From an uncultured Methanomassiliicoccales archaeon (lineage in GTDB: Archaea; Thermoplasmatota; Thermoplasmata; Methanomassiliicoccales; UBA472): a stretch of DNA of 64,000 bases. Below, one piece after another: positions 41,873 to 51,238 of this stretch (positions within the stretch are counted from its first letter, which is position 1; each line of letters begins with the position of its first letter). A program made the position numbers and the translations under genes. The DNA lies in NCBI GenBank assembly GCA_963695345.1, contig OY968769.1:288001-352000 (forward strand), written 5' to 3'. The notes beneath the pieces were generated by a model. The model had not been told where the DNA came from, searched no databases, and saw only the letters and a list, made by a program, of their open reading frames with translations.

Positions 41873-42694
41873 TCAGATAGTGAGTGCTTTTTGCTTTTCG
41901 AACTTGCTATCCTTCTTTCCTACCCAGTAGTAGTTCGGTGTTTGGAACTTGGGCATGATCTTTTTTATCTTTTTATGTAAGGTTGCATAGTTGCCTTTGA
42001 ACTTGCCTTCATTCCAGACGATCTTCAGATTTGATGTGAACAGGCTATTCCTGACCCCTGCCCTGGATGTCTGCCAATCCTGGCATCCTGAGATCAACAA
42101 TATCGATGCCTTCACGTCCGCTTCTTTGATGTTTGAGGTTTCAGCCTGGATCCGATCATAGAATTCTTTGTTCTGTTCATAGACACCTTTCACCATCGAG
42201 TCAGGCATCGCCTTGGTTTGGAATTGAGGGGATGGCATACCTCCCTTTATTGAACGAACGATGTCGCCTTTGGTTACAGTCCCACTATGACAGCTGTCAG
42301 AAATGACAACGACCCGCACACCCTCGGCAAAGTTGGCATAACGGACCAGAAGTTCATCATCCATTATCTCCCCATCATAGAGACACCAGGTCTCGTCCTG
42401 CTCATCATCCTCATCCCCATTGACATCTGGCAACCAACTCCCATGGCCCGAGTAATAGACCGCGAAGATGTCACCGCTTTCCAGTTGGTTGGCGGCTATG
42501 GTCATCTCGTCTATCACCGATTGACGGGTGGCAGCCTCCGTAAGAAGGATCTTCACTTCGAACCCCTTAGATAAAGCAATATCGGCCATATCGTCGGCGT
42601 CCGATTCGCATGGAGTCAAGTATCCATCCCAGTCATTGTACTTGCCTGGATCTACTCTGTTCAGCCCGATTATCAGCGCTATTCCCTTAGGCAT
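41873..42694 (-). CDS. Metacaspase (peptidase C14), cytoplasmic
   Basis: ALIIGLN, DADDM, YYSGHG (His), DETWCLYD, ISDSCHSG (Cys), ISGCQDWQTS, SLFT. Confidence 0.93.
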   Translation of the reverse strand: MPKGIALIIGLNRVDPGKYNDWDGYLTPCESDADDMADIALSKGFEVKILLTEAATRQSVIDEMTIAANQLESGDIFAVYYSGHGSWLPDVNGDEDDEQDETWCLYDGEIMDDELLVRYANFAEGVRVVVISDSCHSGTVTKGDIVRSIKGGMPSPQFQTKAMPDSMVKGVYEQNKEFYDRIQAETSNIKEADVKASILLISGCQDWQTSRAGVRNSLFTSNLKIVWNEGKFKGNYATLHKKIKKIMPKFQTPNYYWVGKKDSKFEKQKALTI

Positions 42695-42993
42695 CTTATT
42701 CCCCCACTATTTTCGACCTGAGGTCATTATGACCGCGATAATTACATTCGCTATGTATGAATAAAATATTTTCCATGATTTGATTCAGTGGCGTATAGGA
42801 TTGAATGAGTTGAAAAACCTGGAATTGAACCTGAAGATGGAAGGTTATTGTAATAGGTTATTCGAATCCTTGTTGGATTCGTTCTAGAGGAGGGGCAAAG
42901 GCAGTGGGACGTTCATTGTCGAACACATCTGAAAACTCGCTTTAGGGTGACTTCATTAGGCTTTTTTCATAGCCTTTTCACTTAGTATCTCAT

Positions 42994-45520
42994 TCATTTT
43001 CCCCTGAAATCCAAGATCACCCCATCCTTCGCTCTCATGAAAAGGACAGGTGTGGCGAAGTCCCTTTTGTCTAGGCCTTCCTTTATGGAAATATAGTTCC
43101 TTGTCAATTGCACCGCCTCATCCACCGGTTTTGCCAGGGCAAGACTGCGATAGAATTTGTCAGCGAAGAGCTTGGATGTGGTATCCTTGACAGAATACTG
43201 CATGGCGATGATCGCTGGTATCCCTCTTTGCACAAGACGCGGGGCCATGCCCGTAAACACCTGACTGGATGATACTGTGGCCCCTTCGCAAGAATTGAGG
43301 ACCACCAGGCCCAGTCCTTCTTTTCCCAGGAATAGGTTGGCAAAGCGTTGGTCATCCAACAATATTGCGCGTTCGTGTTCATCCATCAAGGCGATCTGAC
43401 CCTTGTCGTCCTTGAATATGCCGTGTCCGATGAAGTGAAAGATGTTGTAGTGTTTCTCACTCAATTTTTGATCGATCTCGTCAATCGTTGCCTTGGTAAG
43501 CACATCGATCTCGATCTGGCCCGCATAGACATGACATTTCAGGGCCTCTTTGATCATTTTCTCCTCGGCGAGCGAATCGAGATGGGCCAGATCTTTCGGG
43601 CTGGATATGACCAAAAGAATCTTCAGAGGAAGGCTGGCAGGTTTGAGGTCCTTTCTTCTCAGGGGAATATCGATGTACCTCGAAAGGGTGGTCCTGGAGT
43701 CGTTGGCCAGGAATGTGTTTGTGCTGTCATCATACAGAAATTCCCAGGGAATGGCGGCTAGTTCCGGCTTTTCGAAGATTAGACGCAGGCGGACACCACA
43801 TCCGTTCTGGTCCGCTTCAACCTTCGTCGCCGCAAAGTGTCGTGAGAGTTTTACACCAAAGAGCGCGTTGAAAAGAGTACTTCCAACGTTCTTCAAAAGA
43901 TCCTCATTCGTCTTGTCAGCCAATATTAGCTGTAGGTTGGAATCAAAGACATCGCGATCCAGGCTCAATTCGCCATGGAGTTCCCCTTGATCCGACGATG
44001 CCAGAATGTCCCCGTCCTCTTGGACCCTAATCGATAGATCGCAATAATCGGTGTGGGTTGGCAGGGACCTGATGGAGGCCCTCTCAGATGTGCCTGGTAT
44101 GATCGTAGGGATTGGGTCTTCGTGCGTCGATTTCTCAGTTGGGCTGGGTGCAACTATTGTGGTAACCACAGCATCGGCTTTTTTCAGATCGTCATGACCG
44201 ATTTCAGGCAATTTTGATTTGTTGAAGCCACCTTCTGATGTGATGGGATTGATCGAAGGGTCAATGGTTTTTTGGTGATCCTTCCTGATTCGGGCCATTA
44301 TCTTGTTTCGAGAACCTGGAACGACAAAAAGAACTGCAACTCCGATCGTCACCAAAACGACCATCGCTACCAGCAAAATTTGAGCGATATCACCTCCTGA
44401 TGATATTCCCACTTCAATAACTGATGTCAGTGGACCTACTCCAGCCGAGCTCGCGGCTCTGACCTGATAGTAATATTTCTGACCAACGATAATGTTCTTG
44501 TCAACGTAATTTGTCCCAGAGACATTTGTAATCAATGAGAGTGAATCGGATGATGTCCCTCTGTACACTAAATAGGCGGTAATATTGCCACCGCCGGTGC
44601 TACTTGGTGCCGCCCAACTGAGGGTGACTTGAGAAGCGCCAGGAGTGGCGACAAGCCCTGTGGGAGCTCCAGGCATTAATGGAATGATCTCGCCCATCGT
44701 CAGTCCATTCCAGATTCCTCCGGGTCCAGGGAAATTCGATTGGCCATATGCATGGCCCATTAGCCCTGAAGAGGTATCAGATATCCAATCCATGCCAACA
44801 ATGGTGGGTGCAATGGATCCCAAGAAGGATAACGACACCAGGGAGGTGCATCGAAAGAAAGCATAGTCCTCGATGGTCATGACACTATCAGGGATGATCA
44901 CGGAGGTCAGGGAGGTGCAGGATTGGAAAGCGGAGACTCCCGATGGACGTAACGCTGTTGGGAATTGTCACGGAGGTCAGGGAGGTGCAGTAGTAGAACA
45001 CAGAATATCCGATGGAGGTGATGTTATTGGGAATTGTCACGGAGGTCAGGGAGGTGCATGCGGCGAATGCAGAGCTCCCGATGGACGTAACGCTGTTGGG
45101 AATTGTCACGGATGTTAAGGAGGGGCAGTAATTGAATGCGTAGTCCTTGATGGTCATGACACTATCGGGGATGATCACGGAGGTCAGTAGGTCGCAACCA
45201 TAGAACGAATAGCTCCCGATGGACATGACACTATTGGGAATTGTAACGGAGGTCAGGGAGGTGCGGTTACGGAAAGCACCATTATCGATAACCACGACCG
45301 TATACCCACCCAACGTTGAAGGAACAGTGATCGCTCCACCAGTGCCACCGTATCCTGTGATCGTAGCGACTGAGGGACTTCCACTTACTAGTGTAATGAG
45401 TATTCACCTTCCTGGTATGCTTCCGCGATACTTGGGATGACAATGGAGAGAGCACCCAGTAGCAAAACTAGCATGATGATGGCGGATATCCTATCAATCG
45501 CTGCCTTTTTTTCCGTTTAT
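42994..45520 (-). CDS. Receptor-like protein: signal peptide, BspA LRRs, FN3, TM, cytoplasmic CHAT protease (frameshifts at ~44935, ~45395, ~45510)
   Basis: IMLVLLLGALSIVIP-AEA; LRR units; PGAPTGL...YYYQVRA FN3; IAQILLVAMVVLVTIGVAVLFVV then RNKIMARIRK; LRLIF, IPWEFL, HFIGHG, VVLNSCEG, AMQY, FYRSL, FATPVLF. Confidence 0.85.
44830..45280 (-). repeat. Coding tandem repeat, 69-bp BspA LRR units (about 6-7)
   Basis: Recurrent ggaattgtcacggaggtcagggaggtgc. Confidence 0.85.
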
Positions 45521-45848
45521 GATCTCCCCCTTATTCCTCTCAATTCGTCAGATTGAGTGCTTAATAAATTTAGACTATCTGACAATATAAGGATTTGTCA
45601 TCTTCCTTATTAGGCCCCGCTGATTGTCCTCATGATCATTCTCAGTCAGCAGGTCAAGAATTGGAACTAAGAAATTCAAGCCAAATGTAAGAAAACTTCA
45701 AAAAGATATATATGAGCGCAAATGCTAGTAATTTTATATATTGTTTGGGATAGCTGTTCTCCGATATGAAAACGGCCAGAAAGGGATGATCTGGATAAGA
45801 TACCAATAGTAAAATTCTTCAGGGAATAGAGAGGAGTTGAGTAGGGGC

Positions 45849-47223
45849 ATGTGTTCGAAAGAAGGGCAATGGACAATAATGGTGTACATGGCAGGGGACA
45901 ACAATCTGGATGAGGCGGGTCTCCTCGATCTCGAGGAAATGAAGAAAGTAGGTTCATCAGATCAGGTAGAAATCGTTGTCCAGTTTGATTGCAGAGGGAA
46001 GGACAGTACGACATCCAGATACCACATAAGAAATGATACCGACCTGGACGATGATTTGATCCAGGAATTGGGACAAACTAACACGGGTGATCCTGAAGTG
46101 TTAGAAGAGTTCATAAGATGGGGTGTAGAAACATATCCATCCTCTCATTACATGCTTGTCCTATGGAACCACGGCAACGGATGGGATGATGATGTTGTAT
46201 TTCGGAGTCAAAAAATATCATCAGAAGAACCTGTCTATAGGTCAATCGTATCGAAGGTAGGGGAGACCCCAATATCGAAAGTAGAAGGGTTGTCAATATC
46301 AAAGGTAAAGGAAGCCCCATCGTTGTTTGGCAAGATGGATCTGGATATACGACGTGATCTGATAAAAAGTCGTTTCCATCGCAGCCTTTTCATTACCACG
46401 GTTGACCAGGCAGTCAAAACAAGAGCGATCCTCATAGATGATAATGCCAAGGACTTCCTGGATAACATCGAGATGAAGAACGTTCTCGAATCTGCTTGTG
46501 CGAGGATCGGGAAGAAGATCGATATCCTGGGAATGGATGCTTGCCTGATGAGCATGGTCGAAGTTGGATATCAGCTGAAAGATAGCGTTTCATTGACCGT
46601 TGGTTCACAGGAAGTGGAACCGGGAGCAGGGTGGCCTTACCAGCAGATCCTGCAGAGGCTTTCGGACAATCCATCAATGACGCCGGAGGAGCTGTCAAGC
46701 ACTATCGTTACCGAATACATCACCTCATTTGAAAATACTAAAAAGGATGTGACACAATCGGTCTTTGACCTGTCGAAGTCAGACGATCTCATCTCCGCTC
46801 TGGATCGATTTGTGGCTGCGGTGAATGACCATGTAAAAGATCCGGCAACGGCCAAGGATACGAAATCCGCTATTGTGAACGGTCGGGCAAGAGCTCAATC
46901 CTATGCTAGGTCTGATTATATCGATCTCTTTAATTTCTGTGAATTGGTAGGAAAGAATATCGATTCCGATGAGATGAAAGAGGCTTGTCAGTCGGTTATG
47001 GATGATCATTAGGCCAAGCGGATTCGTCGCCAGTTCTGGTTACTATGGAAAAGATGTCAAAGGATCGAACGGAGTGTCCATATATTTCCCCATGAAACAG
47101 ATGTCCGAGAAGGTATCCGAGCTGTATTCCGGACTAGATTTCGCCCAGATGTCGACCTGGATGAGCTTCATTATGGACTATCTCAGCGATTGGGAGAATG
47201 CCAAGGAATTGATACCAGCGTGA
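45849..47223 (+). CDS. Clostripain-family protease (peptidase C11), no signal peptide (frameshift at ~47005)
   Basis: WTIMVYMAGDNNL, NTGDP, VLWNHGNGW (His), GMDACLMS (Cys), GSQEVEPGAGWPY, YIDL, GVSIYFP. Confidence 0.92.
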
Positions 47224-47501
47224 GATGAAACCGGAATATCCCGCTCGTAACTCGAATAGAGCGGGACAATAGTTTTTCTAAGGGTGGAACTCGAGAAACA
47301 TGAATGATCGAGGACAGCGAGGGTTTCTGCCATATAAAAATGGGATCCTGATGTAATAAATCGGCCATACCATAAGGAGAACAACTGATGGTCGAGCAGA
47401 TCGATTTGGACTGAACCCGCCTTAGATTATGGATACCTTCTTATTATGGGAATTTGGCAAGCGTCTCTAAAATGTCCTTGGGACTTATTTCATAGGCTTT
47501 C

Positions 47502-48482
47502 TCATTGGTATGTAAGTTTAGTAGAGCTTGACCGCGGAAGTGGCAGCTCCCCTCTGCTCATGTGGTGTACCCAGGTGTCGAAGACATAGGACATGTGGAC
47601 AATGGTGTGATTTGTCTCCTTCACACAATCGCTATTGGTGATAGTCGATACACATTCATTTACCTCGCTCAACGACTGGAACATTCCATCGAATGTGACA
47701 AGGTCAGGAGCGTTGGAATAGTCCCATCCAGAGGTATACATGTGTCCACCATACTTGGACATCTGGTCGAAGAAACGATCTTTGGACGCTGGATCGTTCA
47801 GCCGGACATATGAGGCAAACCAGATATCGCCTGAAACACCTAGATAAAAATCGACCTCGTTTTCAATGAGGCCGTTCTTCAGCATGAAGTCAATTCTCTT
47901 CTTTATTGTCCTGGAGGAGATGCCGGTCTCCTGCGAAATCGAACGTATCGTCTTTCGACCATCTTCATTGAGCTGACGGATTATTTTCATGTCTGTGTTG
48001 GTGAGGTTATTCAGATTGCCATGAGAAGAGTTCTGGATGGTCTCTTTCCGATAACTGAATAAACCGCTACTTGACGATTTACATGACATGATACTGATTT
48101 TTGGATCGACGAGGTCCAGCCGCTCCATCAGAAAACTCATCACTTCCGCGATGTCCTCTTGCTCTCTGATGTCGACGTGACAAGCAACGTAGTTGTAAGC
48201 GCATTGGAGAACTCTACTGATGGATCCGTGGTCCATCAATCCCTTGATCACTTCCGAGGTCAGTTTAATCTTCGCTTGCCCATGGAAGAACACCCACTTC
48301 CCACCGAGAGCATCAAGGGAAAGGCGGTAACGGATCGATCTAATCCGACCACTATTGAAGAGGGACTCCACTCTCCTTTGGGCGGTCGGAACGGAGATAC
48401 ATAGTTGGTTGCTGATCTCTCGATATGTCAATCTTGGGTCACGTTGGAGCGAAATGATCAACTTCCTATCGAGCTCGTCCAC
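47502..48482 (-). CDS. Double-domain Lrp/AsnC transcription regulator
   Basis: DELDRKLIISLQRDPRLTYREIS and LTNTDMKIIRQLNEDGRKTIRSIS HTHs; GTG start after GAGGGG. Confidence 0.85.
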   Translation of the reverse strand: MDELDRKLIISLQRDPRLTYREISNQLCISVPTAQRRVESLFNSGRIRSIRYRLSLDALGGKWVFFHGQAKIKLTSEVIKGLMDHGSISRVLQCAYNYVACHVDIREQEDIAEVMSFLMERLDLVDPKISIMSCKSSSSGLFSYRKETIQNSSHGNLNNLTNTDMKIIRQLNEDGRKTIRSISQETGISSRTIKKRIDFMLKNGLIENEVDFYLGVSGDIWFASYVRLNDPASKDRFFDQMSKYGGHMYTSGWDYSNAPDLVTFDGMFQSLSEVNECVSTITNSDCVKETNHTIVHMSYVFDTWVHHMSRGELPLPRSSSTKLTYQ

Positions 48483-48876
48483 AGTACCCCTCCACTTTCT
48501 CCCCCAGTTCAATAATGTCTTGATCTAAATTTAATAGCTATTATCGATGGAAATATTTAATTAACGTTAACTATGTCATTTTCTCTAACTGGCATATATT
48601 ACAATGTCAATATTATTTCACGCTACCGATGCATGACGATTTAGTCAGATACCTCCAATTCTCTAAGTGTCCGGGTCATATCGGAACAAGGGGGAGTTGG
48701 AGAATGTGTTCATGGAGAGATGGAACGGAGGAGATAGGTAAGGCAACGGAACCGAAGGTCAATGGGTCAAAGAAGTATGCGATCGAAAAACCGGAAGAAA
48801 GCCCTAATTCGCGAATCCTCATCCTCGTCTCGAGGATGGAGGACCCAGATTCATTCGGAGCCGGTAAGGAGGAAGG

Positions 48877-49149
48877 ATGATGTATGGACCGATGGTGCCA
48901 CCATCCCGGCCAAGGAACCAATCACCGGAGCTTAGGCAATACGCGGCCAATGAATGGCGCTCCAATCCTTACCTGCTGGTCCTGGAAGCGGAACGGCTGG
49001 CAGAGGAAAAGAGGAAGGGAATAAAGCCGAAAGAAAGAGGCAGAACAAGCTTCTTCAAAAAATTCTTGACTTCATTGTTGAAGAGAATGTCAAAGAAACA
49101 ACATGAGAGTGAATCCGAATCGTTCATGGTTCGGCAGGGAAGAGAATGA
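48877..49149 (+). CDS. Small hypothetical protein
   Basis: Strong GGAGG RBS; 90-aa basic ORF. Confidence 0.55.
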   Translation: MMYGPMVPPSRPRNQSPELRQYAANEWRSNPYLLVLEAERLAEEKRKGIKPKERGRTSFFKKFLTSLLKRMSKKQHESESESFMVRQGRE

Positions 49150-49248
49150 TGATGATCTGATCGATCCCTTTTACAATGATATCCTCGAAAAGAATACTAC
49201 GAAATCAAGATCGGCCACATGACAATCGATCCCTATTCCAAAGTTCGT

Positions 49249-49707
49249 TCAATTGGTCTTACTCACTTGACTTTTGTCATATATCCTGGATCCATATAGC
49301 ATATAACCGATCCCTATCAGGACGAGGATGATCTCACCGACCGTAACGGCCAGCGGGGGAGCGACAGTGAAGAAGAATAGCGCCTGGTCTGCAGGTGCGG
49401 TGAGGAATAGCAGAGCAGCGTTAACCATCGCCAAAGCACCGGCGATCTTTGGTCTTCTGAATAAAGGTAGCAGCCCGGCAATCGGCATCAATAACCCAAT
49501 GACGATAAGGAACGCGGCGAATGCCAGGGTTCTCATCTCACTCATCCAGGTCTCGAATCCCAACGGGGTCAAGAGGAAGCCCAGAACAGTCCCGAACACG
49601 AAAAGGACTGCCAGGATCCGTTCCGACTTCCCCGAAGTCGTAATCTTATCATCTTTATGGCCATTTCTTTGGTCTCCCGTTGATTCAATTTCTTTGTTAT
49701 GGAGCAT
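49249..49707 (-). CDS. Four-TM membrane protein
   Basis: Four hydrophobic segments, LLTPLGFET. Confidence 0.7.
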   Translation of the reverse strand: MLHNKEIESTGDQRNGHKDDKITTSGKSERILAVLFVFGTVLGFLLTPLGFETWMSEMRTLAFAAFLIVIGLLMPIAGLLPLFRRPKIAGALAMVNAALLFLTAPADQALFFFTVAPPLAVTVGEIILVLIGIGYMLYGSRIYDKSQVSKTN

Positions 49708-50177
49708 GATTCAGTTGAACGAAAGTACGGCAACTTAGAGTAAATTGAATGGTATTGCCCATAACATAAATGCTTGTTGCTCGAACCTCATACTCTATCG
49801 AAGCCAGTATGTCGATTTCCTTGAGGAGGAGTATCCTAAATTACCCTTTATCGGCTATCTTTAGTACCTGTGTGGAGCGACCTGGAGTTCTAAAAGAATG
49901 ATGACAATAGACCGGAGGCAACGACATTAGCATTAATGATGTCAGGATTCAATTTCTCATACACAGTCATTCATTTTATTCCTGTTGCATAATATTGAGA
50001 ATAATGATATGAATGCAGCATCCAATGCGACCAATGATATCATCATATACTAAACCAGGATTCCGAATTATTAGTGTTGGATGTATCATCCAACTAGCAA
50101 TTCCAGAATATCAACTATCGATGGTGTTACATTTGAATGACAGCCGAGTAATAGAGACCAGGGTAGTAGTCAAGGAT

Positions 50178-50774
50178 ATGACCGCGAGTCCGGAAGCTTT
50201 AGGAGCGATGCTCCTTGGATGGTTGGCGATTCTGCTATCCCTCAGCTCTCTGAAGGTGTTCGCGCTGAGCGGTATGGTATTGGCGATGGTGTTCTTCGCT
50301 GGTTTCGGATTCCTTCTCGTCGCGTATATGGGATGGAAGAAAGGATCGCTGTTCACATTGTTCGCGTTCGGTGCAATAGCGATATTCTCCTGGTCCTTCG
50401 CGGCGCTCATGATAATGCCTCGGGTAGGTCTTTCCGAGCCACCGACCGTTAACGAGCTCGCATCGTTCATGATCATCTTCGCTTCATTGGTAGGGGTGCT
50501 CGCGTTGATCACCGTGAAGATGCCATGCCGTCTTCTGACCGTCACGGTGTTCTTCGCTTCCATCCTGTTCTTCCTCGTAGGGTTCCAGATATACACCCAA
50601 AACGAAACTGTCGCCATGGTATCTGGATGGTGGGGTCTGTTAGTCGGCGTCCTGGCCATGTATCTAGGTTCGGCGATGACATTGAACGACACCTATGGTC
50701 GCATGGCCGCCCCATTGATGATACGCATGCCAAAGGAGTCCAAGAAACAGGAGTTCGTCGAGGCAGGCAAGTAG
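50178..50774 (+). CDS. GPR1/FUN34/YaaH (SatP) acetate/succinate channel family, divergent
   Basis: ASPEALG approximates ANPAPLG; six TMs; SGWWG...AMYLGSA...NDTYGR. Confidence 0.75.
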   Translation: MTASPEALGAMLLGWLAILLSLSSLKVFALSGMVLAMVFFAGFGFLLVAYMGWKKGSLFTLFAFGAIAIFSWSFAALMIMPRVGLSEPPTVNELASFMIIFASLVGVLALITVKMPCRLLTVTVFFASILFFLVGFQIYTQNETVAMVSGWWGLLVGVLAMYLGSAMTLNDTYGRMAAPLMIRMPKESKKQEFVEAGK

Positions 50775-51238
50775 GACAGAATAACGGCAGGCAACCCCTT
50801 TTATTTTTTTTCAATTTAATTAATCAGCGAGATGGCCATCCTTGTTCTTCCTATCGATATTCGACTTCCATATGTCCGGCATCGCTTTGCATCTTCTAGC
50901 CTCATCCTTTCATGGACCGCTCGACCTGGTCGAGATTGTACGAGATCGATAGTACAGAGTGGTCGATATCCTATCCAGTAAGAAGGATAAAAGAACGGTA
51001 AAATCGCCTTTCTTGATCTGGCCTGATGTGAAACTAAGGCAGTTAGGAAAAAGCAGTTTGACCTCAGCCTTTGCCTGCCTGGTTGCGAGAGAGCTACATC
51101 ATGAAAAAGAGAAGTTGTGCCGTGTCCCATCATCCCGGAGACACGGCATTTCCGACCGTATGTCTAGTTTTCGATCCCCCATATTCGAGGAACGCTTTCA
51201 CGCTCATCTGTGAATGCTGCCCCTGATGCCCCTTCGGA

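Noticed and set aside
36249-45520. Diversity-generating retroelement acting on the LRR genes
   Set aside because: No reverse transcriptase, and no template/variable repeat pair with adenine-specific differences seen
48561-48570. Palindrome TTAACGTTAA upstream of the Lrp gene as an operator
   Set aside because: Single 10-bp palindrome in AT-rich DNA; expected by chance
48629-48880. 83-aa ORF preceding 48877-49149
   Set aside because: No RBS, motif or compositional support
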